A stretch of DNA of 49,905 nucleotides from Verrucomicrobiota bacterium (GTDB lineage: Bacteria > Verrucomicrobiota > Verrucomicrobiia > Limisphaerales > UBA9464), in contig JAPLUF010000118.1 in assembly GCA_026397755.1 (NCBI GenBank), positions 1 to 49,905 of the forward strand, in the 5' to 3' direction. Under the pieces are notes generated by a model. The model was given only the letters and a program-made list of their open reading frames with translations, searched no databases and was not told the DNA's origin. Shown here one piece after another: positions 1 through 11,207 of this stretch. Both the position numbers and the translations under genes were made by a program. How positions within the stretch are numbered: the first letter of the stretch is position 1; each line of letters starts with the position of its first letter.

Positions 1-59
1 ATGATTCTAAAGAGCTTCGGGGTCTGGTCCCTGTCTGGCTGTCCCTTGTTTGTGCGGGC

Positions 60-1448
60 TTAGGAATACAAGGCCATGAATTCACGGCGATACCGGGCCT
101 CTTGGGCTGGGAATTGTTGACGGAGGGTTTCCTTTGAAATGGCCCCGTGCTGGAAGCGGCGCTTTTCGAAGATGGGCATATCCACACCGAATACCGCCTG
201 GATGCCGCGCCGCACCACTTCACCCTTGAGTGAGTACAGCGTCGGTACGTCGTAGCGGGTGAGTTCGATGAACGGAATGGCTTCACTGACGGCCATGACG
301 GCGCGGCTCATGAGTGGGCTGTATCCCTCGAATCCGTGCCTTCGGGCGGGTGCGTAGGTTCGGACGTAGCCGCGGCTGAGACCGCCGCTGTAGGTGAGCG
401 AGTGCTTGATGCGCCCCACGCCCCAGCCTTCGTGGTAGAGCATGAGGTTGTGGACCACCGAGCGGATGGTTAGCTCGGGGTTCTCTTCGATTGGGTAGTC
501 CTTGAGGTTCTCATCACCACCGTCCCCATCGAAAAGGTGTTTCCAGTCGGGATGGCGCTCACGGATTCCGCGGCAAAGGGCCAGAGCCATGGTGCCGCAT
601 TCCACATCCAATGGTTTGTAATCCTCCAGCACCCGCAGGGTTTCCGACGGATTCAAGGTGCGCGGATCCCCGGAAATCTCTTCCAAAAAGAGCCCGAGTC
701 CGAGTGGCTCCAGGAAGGCTCGGGCCTGAGCCAAATCGGGTCCATCGCCCAGGTGAAGGGTGAAGGCTTTGAGCCGTGAGGGACTCATGCCGAGGCGGCG
801 CATCTGGAAGTAGGTGGCCAACAAAACCGCGCCGCTATCGACTCCGCCGGAGAAGGCGACCCCGATGGGTTCCTGAGAATCGATGGAGCCGAGTTGCTTG
901 CCGATTTCGTCGGCCAGGGCCCCGATGTATTGGCGACCGATGGTGTCGAGGTCAGCCGGTAGTGAATTGGGTAGGGGGTTGAAGTAGCGGGTATAGACCG
1001 GATCAGGATCCGGGCAGCCGATGAGCTGAATTTCCACCACGTAGTGCGCGGGTACCATGCGCGTGTAGCTCGGATGAAACTGGTCCGCCAAACCCTCGAG
1101 CTCCAGTTGGGCGTGGATGGCATCCATGCGGTCGGCCACGATGAGGGCCGGACCCTCCGCTCGTTTTGCCAAGAAGTAGCGCATCGGGCGATCCAGGGAC
1201 CGAGCCATACGCACGGTCTTTCCGTCGCGAGCCAAGAGGGCGAAGGAACCGTCGATCTCTGCCACACGGGCTGCATCACCGCTGAGGACCCGTTCAACGG
1301 CCTCGGCCTGCGAGACGTTGCGCAGACGGTTCAGCGTGGGATCCAGGAGGTTGACGACGCGTTCAACGTACTCAGGGTGCATGAAGTGACATTGGGACAA
1401 GCTGGGCCGGTGATCAACCGGTCCGTTGGACTTGGGCGTGTCGAGCAA
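60..1448 (-). CDS. Asparagine synthetase-family PP-loop ATP pyrophosphatase homologue lacking the N-terminal Cys nucleophile
   Basis: 462-aa ORF. PP-loop motif GVAFSGGVDSGAV. AsnB-like stretch DGSFALLARDGKTVRMARSLDRPMRYF. The N-terminus is MLDTPK..., not MCG. Confidence 0.7.
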   Translation of the reverse strand: MLDTPKSNGPVDHRPSLSQCHFMHPEYVERVVNLLDPTLNRLRNVSQAEAVERVLSGDAARVAEIDGSFALLARDGKTVRMARSLDRPMRYFLAKRAEGPALIVADRMDAIHAQLELEGLADQFHPSYTRMVPAHYVVEIQLIGCPDPDPVYTRYFNPLPNSLPADLDTIGRQYIGALADEIGKQLGSIDSQEPIGVAFSGGVDSGAVLLATYFQMRRLGMSPSRLKAFTLHLGDGPDLAQARAFLEPLGLGLFLEEISGDPRTLNPSETLRVLEDYKPLDVECGTMALALCRGIRERHPDWKHLFDGDGGDENLKDYPIEENPELTIRSVVHNLMLYHEGWGVGRIKHSLTYSGGLSRGYVRTYAPARRHGFEGYSPLMSRAVMAVSEAIPFIELTRYDVPTLYSLKGEVVRRGIQAVFGVDMPIFEKRRFQHGAISKETLRQQFPAQEARYRREFMALYS

Positions 1449-1463
1449 GGATCCCTGAGGGGC

Positions 1464-3374
1464 TTACTCTAGGACGATTCGTCCCCAATCCTCCGGTCGT
1501 CCCTGAACGCCGGGTCGTGGGGACCAGGCCAGTCGGGTGCGGTTGATGTTTTCTCCGGGTTGGGCATCAACCTTGTCGCCGTCATAGATCAACACATTGA
1601 ACCCAGCACCGACGCCGGACTTTCCTTTCAATCCCAACTCCCGCAACGGGATGAGCGCACGGAGGGTGTAGCCATCAGCAGTGCGCCAAGAAAGCAGGCG
1701 GGTGCCCGGAGAATGGGCTTCCAGAGGGCCAGGATTGGCATCGGCATCGCGGGCACCCCGGACCTGGCCAGAACGGTCGAAGGGAAAGAGGCCTGCTTTC
1801 CAGCAGCCCAGCGTGTGCTCGGCGCCGGCCGACGGGTCCACACAAAGCTCTACCGAATCGCTTCGCCAATGCCCCTTGATGTCATTGGTTTCGATGTTGG
1901 AAACCACATGGTCATCCCGGACCTGGATTTCCACCCAGAGGTGTTTGCCGTCATGGCCTAAACGGAATCGACCACTGCAGTCTGAAGCCCCGTCGGAACG
2001 TCCCTGCCAGGATTGCTCGGGCCCGATGGTGGTGGCGGGCAAGGCCATCCAGGCTGAGTCATCGCTGTGGTGATTCCAGGGGAGTGCTGCGATTCGGGGG
2101 ACCTTCAGGGATGGCACCGGGTGCAGGCGGACCATTGTTCGGTGGTTACCGACCCTCGCCAGCAGTGTGACGTCCTCACGGGCCGTGGCCGGGGCCATGA
2201 CGCCCACTCGACCTCCTGATATTACTCGCGCCGACCAGCCGGGTGGGGTTTGGAACTGCACCGTTGCCTGGGCTAAAGAACGGTCCCGGAAAAGGGACAG
2301 GCTCGTTTCTTGGCCGGCGACGACGGGGACATCGGCCTGGAAGGACTGGGCCGCATGGGCGATCTGGTGGACGCGAACAAACTCCCGGTACCGAGCCACC
2401 GCGGGTCTCGGTACAAAGAACAGGTCAGGGTCCTCGGTTGTCTCTGGTACCGGAAACCCATTCCAACGCGGGGGACAGGCTCCTAAAGCCTCGGGGAGGG
2501 GAAGCCCTTGGAAGAGATCGGTCTCGCTCGGGTGGATGGGCAGGACGCTGCAAACCGGGGTGAACCAATGGTTGGTGGTGCGACGAAACCACGGTGACTG
2601 AGCAATGGAACCAAATGCCTGGGATCGGTGGTTGGACAGAGCCTCGGCGGCAACGCTCACCGGTAGGCGTCCGTCGGGTAGGGTGTGTGTGAGTGGAATC
2701 GATAAGGCCTGTCCCGGATTGGCGGCAGCCCCGGAATAGAAAAGCTTCCGCGGTCGCCATGGGGACAGGCCTTCCAGGCGCAGGTGGTCCGGAAATTGGT
2801 TGGGATCTGCTGCGGCCTCGAAGGCTTCGGTGGCCAGCCATCCGGCAGCCTGATGGTTGCCGTGCTGCCCGGGCGAGGGGGCGGGGTTCATGGTGACCAC
2901 CACCTCCGGTCTCAGGGTGCGGATGACCCGAACCAAGCGGCCGAGGGTGTCCGAGTGGCTCCATCGCTCCAGAGTGACACCGAGACTTTCGGTGTAGGCG
3001 AAGTCGGCCTTATCGAGGAAATGCACTTGTTGTACCCCCAGCCCCCGAAGGGCGTCCCGCAGTTCGATCTCCCGCAGGATTCCTAGAGCCGGTCCCGACT
3101 GGGTTCCTACCATATTGCCCCCGCCTTCGCCTCGAGTGCAGTAGACATGGGCGATGGAACGACCAGAACCGTGGCTCAGTGAGGCGATGGTGGCTGCCAC
3201 GCCAGTTTCGTCGTCGGGATGGGCGAAGACACCCAACAGGTCCACCTTCAATCGGGCTGCCCCGGATTCGTTGGCTCGGCTGGCGGTTTGACCTTCGAGG
3301 ATCGCGGGCAACAGGGACGACGACAGCAGCGACGACAGCAACAGCGACAAGGCGGTGCGGGCCGGAGGGAACAT
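1464..3374 (-). CDS. PIG-L/LmbE-family deacetylase with a C-terminal carbohydrate-binding (CBM9/DOMON-like) region, secreted
   Basis: Motif LLGVFAHPDDETG plus downstream GQHGNHQAAG. I trimmed the start to the ATG at 3374 (MFPPARTALSLLLSSLL..., signal-like) because the longer ORF overlaps infA. The C-terminal domain call is tentative. Confidence 0.65.
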   Translation of the reverse strand: MFPPARTALSLLLSSLLSSSLLPAILEGQTASRANESGAARLKVDLLGVFAHPDDETGVAATIASLSHGSGRSIAHVYCTRGEGGGNMVGTQSGPALGILREIELRDALRGLGVQQVHFLDKADFAYTESLGVTLERWSHSDTLGRLVRVIRTLRPEVVVTMNPAPSPGQHGNHQAAGWLATEAFEAAADPNQFPDHLRLEGLSPWRPRKLFYSGAAANPGQALSIPLTHTLPDGRLPVSVAAEALSNHRSQAFGSIAQSPWFRRTTNHWFTPVCSVLPIHPSETDLFQGLPLPEALGACPPRWNGFPVPETTEDPDLFFVPRPAVARYREFVRVHQIAHAAQSFQADVPVVAGQETSLSLFRDRSLAQATVQFQTPPGWSARVISGGRVGVMAPATAREDVTLLARVGNHRTMVRLHPVPSLKVPRIAALPWNHHSDDSAWMALPATTIGPEQSWQGRSDGASDCSGRFRLGHDGKHLWVEIQVRDDHVVSNIETNDIKGHWRSDSVELCVDPSAGAEHTLGCWKAGLFPFDRSGQVRGARDADANPGPLEAHSPGTRLLSWRTADGYTLRALIPLRELGLKGKSGVGAGFNVLIYDGDKVDAQPGENINRTRLAWSPRPGVQGRPEDWGRIVLE

Positions 3375-3447
3375 GGCAACAGACTGCTCCGAACTGCGGA
3401 TCCGGGCAATCCCGAGAGCGGTGTCGGGAAAATTTCCGGGGTGGGGC

Positions 3448-3672
3448 TTAGGGCGTGCCGCAGCGGCCGATGATGCGTCCCCGAGACAGATCAAATGGAG
3501 ACAGTTCGAGTTCCACGGTGTCGCCGGGTTGGATCGCGCCGATCACCGGTTGGAGCTTGCGGGTGACATGGGCCACCAGTTCATAGCCGTTGCTCAGGCG
3601 CATGCGATAGGCGGCGACTCCCAGCGGACTTAGGACCTGGGCCGGGACGTGGATGGCATCTTCTTTAGGCAT
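3448..3672 (-). CDS. infA: Translation initiation factor IF-1
   Basis: 74 aa. MPKEDAIHVPAQV...GDTVELELSPFDLSRGRII matches the S1-like IF-1 pattern (KEDxI, SPYDLxxGRI). Confidence 0.9.
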   Translation of the reverse strand: MPKEDAIHVPAQVLSPLGVAAYRMRLSNGYELVAHVTRKLQPVIGAIQPGDTVELELSPFDLSRGRIIGRCGTP

Positions 3673-3786
3673 GGCAGGTGGACGAGGAGAGTTTTGGCTG
3701 GAGGCTGAAGGATGAAAAGCAGGAAGGCGAAGAGGGAGTCTCTTCGCCTTCCGATGTTGGATTGCAGAAAACCGCAGTTCCGGCGA

Positions 3787-5265
3787 TCAGGGCAACGAGG
3801 TGGCGCCCATCAGGTAACGGTCGCACTCACGGGCCGCACCGCGGCCCTCATTGAATGCCCAAACCACGAGGCTCTGGCCCCGGCGACAGTCACCGGCGGC
3901 GAACACTTTCGGGATGCTGGTGGTGAAGCGGCCATGCTCGGCCTTGATGTTGGAACGCGGGTCCCGTTCCAGGCCCAGGGACTCGAGCAACGGCTGCTCA
4001 GGCCCGACAAAGCCCAAGGCCAAGAGAACGAGCTGGGCCGGAACGACCCGATCGGTGCCGGGCACATCGACGGGGGTGAATTGGCCCTTATCGTTGCGCT
4101 CCCAGCGGATCTCCACCAGATGCACTCCGGACACGTTGCCCTGATCGTCGGTCAGGAACTTCTTGGCGGTTGTCAGGTAGACGCGCGGATCGGAGCCATA
4201 CGCAGCGGCAGCCTCTTCCTGACCGTAGTCCATCTTGTAGGTCTTGGGCCATTCCGGCCACGGATTGTCCTTGGCGCGTTCGGTGGGCGGCTTGGGCAGA
4301 ATTTCCACCTGGATGAGGCTCTTGCAACCGTGACGCATGGACGTGCCCACACAGTCGGTGCCGGTGTCGCCACCACCAATGATGATGACGTCCTTGCCGG
4401 CTGCGGAGATTGGAGGCTGAGCTTTGTCGAGCAGGGCCTTGGTGTTGCCGTGGAGGAATTCCATGGCGAAGTGGATGCCCTTGGATTGCCGGCCTTCGAT
4501 GGGCAAATCTCGCGGCTTGGTGGCACCGGTGCACAGCACCACGGCGTCGAAATCTTCGACCAGTTGGGCTGATGTGATGTCGCGACCGACCTCGCTGTTG
4601 CAGCGGAAGGCGATACCCTCACGCTCCATTTGCTTGATGCGGCGCAGCACGACCTTCTGCTTGTCGAGCTTCATGTTCGGGATGCCGTACATGAGCAGGC
4701 CGCCGGGACGGTCAGCACGCTCAAACACCGTGATGTAATGGCCCGCCTTGTTGAGTTGGGCCGCGGCGGAGAGTCCCGCAGGGCCGGAACCGATGACGGC
4801 CACCTTCTTGCCGGTCCGTTTCTTGGGCGGCTGCGGCTTGACCCAACCCTTTTCCCAGGCGTGGTCGATGATGGTGCACTCGATGTTCTTGATGGTCACC
4901 GGCGGCGCATTGATGCCGAGGACGCAGGAACCTTCGCAGGGTGCCGGGCAGACTCGGCCGGTGAACTCCGGGAAGTTGTTGGTCTTGTGCAGACGGTCCA
5001 GCGCTTCTTTCCATAGCCCCCGGTACACGAGATCGTTCCACTCGGGGATCAGGTTGTTGATAGGGCATCCGCTGGCCATGCCGCTGATCAGCGAACCGCT
5101 GTGGCAGAAGGGCACGCCGCAATCCATGCATCGGGCTCCTTGTTGGCGCAGGCTCTGGTCGTCCATGTGTTCATGGAACTCATTCCAGTCATTGATGCGT
5201 TTCAGGGCGCTACGGTCGAGAGGGAGCTCGCGCGCGTATTCTAGAAATCCTGTGGGTTTTCCCAT
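3787..5265 (-). CDS. gltD: Glutamate synthase (NADPH) small subunit
   Basis: 492 aa. N-terminus [11 protein letters not shown], Cys clusters CMDCGVPFC and CPAPCEGSC, dinucleotide fold [11 protein letters not shown]. Sits directly downstream of gltB. Confidence 0.92.
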   Translation of the reverse strand: MGKPTGFLEYARELPLDRSALKRINDWNEFHEHMDDQSLRQQGARCMDCGVPFCHSGSLISGMASGCPINNLIPEWNDLVYRGLWKEALDRLHKTNNFPEFTGRVCPAPCEGSCVLGINAPPVTIKNIECTIIDHAWEKGWVKPQPPKKRTGKKVAVIGSGPAGLSAAAQLNKAGHYITVFERADRPGGLLMYGIPNMKLDKQKVVLRRIKQMEREGIAFRCNSEVGRDITSAQLVEDFDAVVLCTGATKPRDLPIEGRQSKGIHFAMEFLHGNTKALLDKAQPPISAAGKDVIIIGGGDTGTDCVGTSMRHGCKSLIQVEILPKPPTERAKDNPWPEWPKTYKMDYGQEEAAAAYGSDPRVYLTTAKKFLTDDQGNVSGVHLVEIRWERNDKGQFTPVDVPGTDRVVPAQLVLLALGFVGPEQPLLESLGLERDPRSNIKAEHGRFTTSIPKVFAAGDCRRGQSLVVWAFNEGRGAARECDRYLMGATSLP

Positions 5266-5331
5266 ATCTCTATGTCGTTTGAAGGCCTTGGTCTTGTGAC
5301 GATTTGCGGGGTTCTGTGTCGCGCTTGGATA

Positions 5332-8300
5332 TTAGCCCCCACCGGATCGGGAGACGTCTTTGGAGTTGGCTTCGAAGGCGGCATTCAGCGCGTCATCGCC
5401 CGTGAGACCATCGGCCTGGGCTTTGAGCAGCGCTGTGAGCACGCGCTTGTAGTCGCGGGGCATCACCTTGATGAACTTCGGTTGCGTGGTGCTCCAGTCC
5501 TTCAGGATGGAAGAGGCCCGGGTGCTCTTGGTGTTGATCGCGTGGTTTTGGATCATCTCCTGGAGCACTGCGTTGTCGGACTCTTCTAGCTTCTCCAAGG
5601 CGACCATTTGCAGGTTGCACTTGGAGGCGAAGTCTCCGGCCTCATCGTAGATATAGGCGACGCCACCGGACATGCCTGCTGCGAAATTGCGGCCCGTCGG
5701 ACCGAGAATGACCACCGTTCCGCCGGTCATGTACTCGCACCCATGGTCACCCACGGCTTCAACGACGGCCTTGACGCCGGAATTGCGGACGCCAAATCGC
5801 TCGCCCGCCATGCCGCGGATGAAAACTTCACCCTGGGTCGCGCCATACAACGCAACGTTGCCGACGATCATGTTCTCTTCTGGTGCAAAGGTGCTGGCCG
5901 CCGGCGGATACAAGATCAGTTTGCCACCGCTCAGGCCCTTGCCGAAGTAGTCGTTGGCATCGCCCTCAAGCGTGAAGGACATGCCCTTGGGCATGAACGC
6001 ACCGAAACTCTGACCAGCACTGCCTTGGAAGGTAATCTGGATGGTGTCTTCTGGCAGTCCGGCGGCACCGCGTTGGCGGGTTAGCTCGCTGCCGGTGATG
6101 GTTCCGACCACGCGGTTGACGTTGCGAATGGGAAGGGTCGCCTTGATTTTCTCTCCTCGCTCGATGGCGGGTCGGCACAACGGCAGCAGTTGGGTGATAT
6201 CCAGCGATTTGTCGATGCCGTGATCTTGGATCATCTGGCAGTAACGTCCCACTTCGGGGCCCGCTTCCGGTTGATAGAGGATCTTGCTGAAGTCGACCCC
6301 TTTGGCCTTCCAATGCTCGATAGCCTTACGGGGCTCGAGTCGGTCGGTGCGGCCCACCATCTCGGTGATGCAGCGGAAGCCGAGCTGCGCCATGATCTCG
6401 CGAACTTCTTGAGCAATGAAGCGCATGAAGTTGATCGCATGCTCCGGTTCGCCGGTGAAGCGCTTGCGCAGTTCAGGGTCTTGAGTAGCGACACCCACAG
6501 GACAAGTGTTCAGATGACACACGCGCATCATGATGCAGCCCAGTGATACCAGGGGCGCGGTGGCAACTCCGAACTCCTCGGCACCCAGCAGCGCAGCGAT
6601 GACCACGTCGCGGCCGGTTTTCAGTTGGCCGTCGGTCTCGACCACGATGCGCGAGCGCAGGTTGTTAAGCACTAGGGTCTGGTGAGTTTCGGCCAAGCCG
6701 AGTTCCCAAGGAATGCCCGCGTGCTTGGTGGAGGTCTGAGGTGAAGCACCCGTGCCGCCATCGTAACCCGAGATGAGCACCACGTCGGCATGCGCCTTGG
6801 CCACGCCGGCGGCGATGGTTCCGACGCCTACCTCGGACACCAGCTTGACGCTGATCCGGGCGTGGATGTTGGCGTTCTTCAGGTCGTGGATCAGTTCGGC
6901 GAGATCCTCGATGGAATAGATGTCATGGTGCGGCGGCGGGGAAATCAGACCGACACCCGGGGTCGAGTGACGGGTCTTGGCCACCCATGGGTACACCTTG
7001 GTGCCTGGCAACTGGCCGCCCTCACCGGGCTTGGCGCCCTGGGCCATCTTGATCTGGAGTTCTTGGGCGTTGACCAGATATTGGCTGGTCACACCAAAGC
7101 GTCCTGAAGCCACTTGTTTGATGGCAGAATTCTTGGAGTCGCCGTTGGGCAGGGGAATAAAACGTTCCGGATCTTCGCCGCCCTCGCCGGTGTTGGACTT
7201 GCCGCCCAGGCGGTTCATGGCGATGGCCAAGGTCTCATGGGCCTCCTTGGAGATGGATCCATAGCTCATCGCGCCGGTCTTGAACCGCTTCACGATGGAC
7301 TCGACCGATTCAACCTCTTCGATGGGGATCGGGCTCGACGACTTGAAGTCGAGGAGTCCCCGCAGTGTGGCCCAATGCTTGAACTGCTCATTGACCGACT
7401 TGGAGTAGTCTTGGAAAGCCTTGTAGTCGCCAGAGCGGACCGCCTTCTGGAGCTTGTGGACCGTGTCGGGATTGAACAGGTGGTACTCACCATCGCGACG
7501 CCACTGATACCGGCCACCGACATCGAGCGTGGGGTTCTGCGACTTCCGGTCGGGGAAGGCGGTTCGGTGACGAATTTCGATGTCGCGGGCGATCTCCTCC
7601 ATGCCGACGCCTTCCACGCGGGTCGGTGTCCAGGTGAAGTAGCGATCTACGACGGCCTCGTTAATACCGACCGCCTCGAAGATTTGAGCGCCGCGGTAGG
7701 ATTGGATGGTCGAGATACCCATCTTGGAGGCCACCTTGATGACGCCCTTGACCGCGGACTTAACGAAGTTCTTGTAGGCGGTCTTGGAGTCGACGTTGGT
7801 CAGCAACCCCTGATGGATCATGTCGTCGATCGACTCGAAGGCCAGATACGGATTAATCGCTCCGCACCCGTAGCCGATGAGCAGCGAGAAGTGGTGAACC
7901 TCGCGCGGTTCGCCCGACTCGAGAACGAGCCCGACGCGATTCCGGTCGCCTTCGCGGATCAAGTGATGATGGAGGCCGCTGACAGCCAGCAATGCTGGGA
8001 TGGCCGCGCTCTTGGCGCTGAGGCCGCGGTCGGACAGGATCAGGATGTTGACCCCGTCATTGATCGCTTTGGAAGCTGCCTTGAACAGGTCTTTCAGGGC
8101 TTTCTCGAGTCCTTTGGATCCCTTGTCCACCTTGTAAAGGATGGGGAGCGTGACCGACTTGTAGCCCGACTGATTGATGCTCTTGAGCTTGGCTAGTTCT
8201 TCGTTGGTCAGCACCGGCGATTTCAGCTCGATGAGGTGGCAGCTCTCCGCTGACGGGGTGAGCAAGTTCTTCTCGGAGCCGATGGTGGTGATCGCGCTGG

Positions 8301-9921
8301 TGACAATTTCTTCGCGGATGCAGTCGATCGGAGGATTGGTGACCTGCGCGAAGAGTTGGTGGAAGTAATTGTAAAGTAGCTGCGATTGGTTGGACAACAC
8401 CGCCAAGGGCGTGTCGGTACCCATCGAGCCGATGGCTTCGACGCCGTCGCGGGCCATGGGAACTAGCAGCATTCGCAAGTCTTCAAAGGAATAACCGAAG
8501 GCCTGCTGGCGCTGCAGCACTGTGGAGTGGCCGGGCTCGGGCAGGTGCTCCTGGTCGGGCAACGAGGACAACTCGATCAAGTGCTGGTTGAGCCACTGAC
8601 GATAGGGTTGTTCGATAGCAATTTGCTCCTTGATCTCGGCGTCATCCACGATCCGGCCCTGGGCCGTATCGATGTAGAACATGCGGCCGGGTTGGAGACG
8701 GCCCTTATGGGCGATGTTCTCCGGAGCGATGTCGAGTACGCCGACCTCTGAGGCCATGATGACCTGGTCGTCTTTGGTGACGTAATAGCGCGACGGGCGC
8801 AGGCCGTTGCGGTCTAAAGATGCTCCGATGCGGACGCCGTCGGTGAAGGCCACGCAAGCTGGGCCGTCCCACGGTTCCATCAGGCATGAGTGGTACTCGT
8901 AGAACGCCTTCTTCTCGTCGCTCATCGACTCATGATTGGCCCAGGGTTCTGGGATCATCATCATCATCGCGTGCGGCAAGGAGCGGCCGGCCAGCACCAG
9001 CAATTCCAGCACGTTGTCGAACATGGCTGAATCGCTGCCGTCTGGGTCGACGATGGGCAGGATCTTGTGGATGTCGTCGCCGAAGGCATCGGATTGGAAC
9101 AGGGCCTCGCGGGCACGCATCCAATTGATGTTGCCCCGAAGCGTGTTGATCTCGCCGTTGTGAGCGATGTAACGGTACGGGTGCGAACGGGCCCAACTCG
9201 GAAACGTGTTGGTGCTGAAGCGGGAGTGGACCAGTGCCAGGCCCGACTTCATGTCCGGGTTCTTGAGGTCCAGGAAGTATTTGTCGACCTGTTCGGTCAT
9301 CAGCATTCCCTTGTACACGAGGGTGCGGCAGGAAAGGCTGCAAATGTACCAGTACCCGGCGCCGTCCTTGGTGGAGCAACGAATCTCGGAGTAAGAGCGC
9401 TTGCGGATGACGTAGAGTTTCCGTTCGAAGGCTAGGTCGTCGCTGAGTTCCGGATTCTTGCCGATGAAGACCTGTCGGACATGGGGTTCCGAAGACTTCG
9501 CAGTCTCGCCGAGCGAGCTGTTGTCAGTTGGTACGGTGCGCCAGCCCAAGAGCTCTTGGCCTTCGGACTGGATGATCTTCTCAAAGGCCATCTCCAGCTT
9601 GCGGCGCTGCCGCGGATCTCGAGGCAAGTACACCATGCCCACGCCGTACTGACCCGGGGGCGGCAGGGTGATGCCCACACGCTGGGTCTCGCTGGCCAAG
9701 AACTCGTGAGGCATCTGGATGAGGATGCCGGCGCCATCGCCCGTGTTGGCTTCGCAGCCGCACGCGCCGCGGTGGTCCAGATTCCGGAGAATTTGGAGCC
9801 CTTGTTGGACCACAGAATGAGTCTGGGTTCCCTTAATGTTGGCGACAAAACCGACGCCACACGCGTCGTGTTCGAAGTCAGGCCGGTAGAGTGAGTTCGG
9901 TACGGACGGGTACGAGTTCAT
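5332..9921 (-). CDS. gltB: Glutamate synthase large subunit
   Basis: 1529 aa. Ntn amidotransferase Cys in [17 protein letters not shown]/Fe-S central domain and C-terminal GXGXG beta-helix region ([30 protein letters not shown]). Confidence 0.95.
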   Translation of the reverse strand: MNSYPSVPNSLYRPDFEHDACGVGFVANIKGTQTHSVVQQGLQILRNLDHRGACGCEANTGDGAGILIQMPHEFLASETQRVGITLPPPGQYGVGMVYLPRDPRQRRKLEMAFEKIIQSEGQELLGWRTVPTDNSSLGETAKSSEPHVRQVFIGKNPELSDDLAFERKLYVIRKRSYSEIRCSTKDGAGYWYICSLSCRTLVYKGMLMTEQVDKYFLDLKNPDMKSGLALVHSRFSTNTFPSWARSHPYRYIAHNGEINTLRGNINWMRAREALFQSDAFGDDIHKILPIVDPDGSDSAMFDNVLELLVLAGRSLPHAMMMMIPEPWANHESMSDEKKAFYEYHSCLMEPWDGPACVAFTDGVRIGASLDRNGLRPSRYYVTKDDQVIMASEVGVLDIAPENIAHKGRLQPGRMFYIDTAQGRIVDDAEIKEQIAIEQPYRQWLNQHLIELSSLPDQEHLPEPGHSTVLQRQQAFGYSFEDLRMLLVPMARDGVEAIGSMGTDTPLAVLSNQSQLLYNYFHQLFAQVTNPPIDCIREEIVTSAITTIGSEKNLLTPSAESCHLIELKSPVLTNEELAKLKSINQSGYKSVTLPILYKVDKGSKGLEKALKDLFKAASKAINDGVNILILSDRGLSAKSAAIPALLAVSGLHHHLIREGDRNRVGLVLESGEPREVHHFSLLIGYGCGAINPYLAFESIDDMIHQGLLTNVDSKTAYKNFVKSAVKGVIKVASKMGISTIQSYRGAQIFEAVGINEAVVDRYFTWTPTRVEGVGMEEIARDIEIRHRTAFPDRKSQNPTLDVGGRYQWRRDGEYHLFNPDTVHKLQKAVRSGDYKAFQDYSKSVNEQFKHWATLRGLLDFKSSSPIPIEEVESVESIVKRFKTGAMSYGSISKEAHETLAIAMNRLGGKSNTGEGGEDPERFIPLPNGDSKNSAIKQVASGRFGVTSQYLVNAQELQIKMAQGAKPGEGGQLPGTKVYPWVAKTRHSTPGVGLISPPPHHDIYSIEDLAELIHDLKNANIHARISVKLVSEVGVGTIAAGVAKAHADVVLISGYDGGTGASPQTSTKHAGIPWELGLAETHQTLVLNNLRSRIVVETDGQLKTGRDVVIAALLGAEEFGVATAPLVSLGCIMMRVCHLNTCPVGVATQDPELRKRFTGEPEHAINFMRFIAQEVREIMAQLGFRCITEMVGRTDRLEPRKAIEHWKAKGVDFSKILYQPEAGPEVGRYCQMIQDHGIDKSLDITQLLPLCRPAIERGEKIKATLPIRNVNRVVGTITGSELTRQRGAAGLPEDTIQITFQGSAGQSFGAFMPKGMSFTLEGDANDYFGKGLSGGKLILYPPAASTFAPEENMIVGNVALYGATQGEVFIRGMAGERFGVRNSGVKAVVEAVGDHGCEYMTGGTVVILGPTGRNFAAGMSGGVAYIYDEAGDFASKCNLQMVALEKLEESDNAVLQEMIQNHAINTKSTRASSILKDWSTTQPKFIKVMPRDYKRVLTALLKAQADGLTGDDALNAAFEANSKDVSRSGGG

Positions 9922-10091
9922 TCAACGGGAAATAGTGAGACCTTGTTTGGGTCCAAGTGAGCAAAGTGAACCAATCGAAATGGTGGGGAGCAAAATATTT
10001 TTTGAAATGGACCGGGAATACCTTTCAAGGGCGGAAACGCATAACGATTCCGCCGAGAATAGCCCGGCGGCTTGAGATGAATCCGGGGAGT

Positions 10092-10514
10092 TCAGCTCTT
10101 CCAGTCAAACGCGCGTTTTTTGACGGCGTAAATGTATCCGACAAAGACGATTCCCAGGAACGAAAGGATTCCGCCGAGGCCGAGTGCCAGATCCGTTCGG
10201 GCCAGTTCCTTAAAAGTAACGGCCCAAGGGTACATGAAGACCACCTCGATATCGAACAGGACGAATAGCAGGGCGACCAGATAGAACTTAATGCTGAGTC
10301 GAGCGCTGCCCTCGCCCTGAGGGAGCATTCCGCACTCGTAGGGGATGTCCTTGGTTTGAGTCCGTCGGCCTGATTTTCCGAGCAACACGGACACAGCCAA
10401 AGTTCCAACGGCAAAATTGGCAGCCACGAACAGCAGCATCAGCACCGGAAGGTACTGGTTCAGTTGAGTATCCATCAATGGGGATATGATGGGATCGAAG
10501 CCGTTTCCCGGCAA
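10092..10514 (-). CDS. nuoA: NADH-quinone oxidoreductase subunit A
   Basis: 140 aa, three TM segments. YECGMLP, FYLVALLFVLFDIEVVFMYPW are typical NuoA/ND3 motifs. Confidence 0.85.
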   Translation of the reverse strand: MPGNGFDPIISPLMDTQLNQYLPVLMLLFVAANFAVGTLAVSVLLGKSGRRTQTKDIPYECGMLPQGEGSARLSIKFYLVALLFVLFDIEVVFMYPWAVTFKELARTDLALGLGGILSFLGIVFVGYIYAVKKRAFDWKS

Positions 10515-10539
10515 GTGGACATTGAGTCCAGCACTTCAA

Positions 10540-10573
10540 AAGAGCCTGTCCCTTTTGAGAGCCTGTCCCTTTT
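10540..10573. repeat. Tandem 17-nt direct repeat (aagagcctgtccctttt / gagagcctgtccctttt, 16/17 identical) in the nuoA / rrf2 divergent intergenic region
   Basis: Read directly from the sequence. It lies 26-59 nt upstream of the nuoA start codon. Confidence 0.6.
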
Positions 10574-10645
10574 TCGGGGAATCGGATGAATTTGGTCTGG
10601 AAATGGTTTTGACAGTGCAAAGGGGGGAGGTACGTTGATTTAATT

Positions 10646-10664
10646 CCAGACGGAAATGGTCTGG
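10646..10664. promoter_or_regulatory. Perfect 6-bp inverted repeat CCAGAC-n7-GTCTGG, candidate operator just upstream of the Rrf2 gene
   Basis: Palindrome ends 8 nt before the ATG at 10673. A related GGTCTGGAAATGG copy lies at 10594-10606. The operator role is inferred. Confidence 0.35.
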
Positions 10665-10672
10665 TTCAAGGG

Positions 10673-11197
10673 ATGCAAATCACCAAAGCAGGAGAATACG
10701 GGGTTTTAGGGCTAATTGCCCTTTCTCGCCGTCCTTTGGGTGAGGTGGTCATGATTGACATCCTCTGTGAAGAAGAGTGTGTCCCGAAAAGTTTTCTGGG
10801 CAAAATTTTCCAGAATCTCAGTAAGTCGGGCTTGGTGGGTTCAGCTCGCGGATCCGGTGGGGGGTTCTACCTCACCCGCCCAGCGTCTGACATCTCCGTG
10901 CTCGAGATTTTGGAGTCCATTGAGGGACCTATCGCTCTTCAGAGATGCCTCGAAATCGATGTGGGCTGCGAACACAGTCGTGGTTGCGCACTTTGCGGCC
11001 TGTTGGCCGAGGCTCAGGAGCGGATGAAAGAGGTTTTTGTTGGCACAAGCTTGGCCACCTTGGCGGGACGCCACTTGCCCAACGGTCTGGTCCAACAGGC
11101 CCGGTTGGTCCGAAACCCCAAGATTTTTTTGACGGCTTCCGATGGTGCTATTGCCCCGCTGGCAGACGGAACCGCATTGGCCCCAACTCTGAATTAA
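10673..11197 (+). CDS. Rrf2-family (IscR-like) transcriptional regulator
   Basis: 174 aa. Rrf2 HTH region MQITKAGEYGVLGLIAL...KIFQNLSKSGLVGSARGSGGGFYL. Cys cluster CEHSRGCALC. Heads an iscU-iscS block. Confidence 0.85.
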   Translation: MQITKAGEYGVLGLIALSRRPLGEVVMIDILCEEECVPKSFLGKIFQNLSKSGLVGSARGSGGGFYLTRPASDISVLEILESIEGPIALQRCLEIDVGCEHSRGCALCGLLAEAQERMKEVFVGTSLATLAGRHLPNGLVQQARLVRNPKIFLTASDGAIAPLADGTALAPTLN

Positions 11198-11207
11198 TTT
11201 CAATTTT

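Noticed and set aside
7114-8196. 360-aa plus-strand ORF, along with many other 60-160-aa ORFs between 5.3 and 9.9 kb
   Set aside because: It lies entirely antisense to gltB, whose product has unmistakable motifs. The composition is rich in Gly/Arg/Leu/Asp, typical of shadow ORFs in high-GC DNA. No motifs were recognised.
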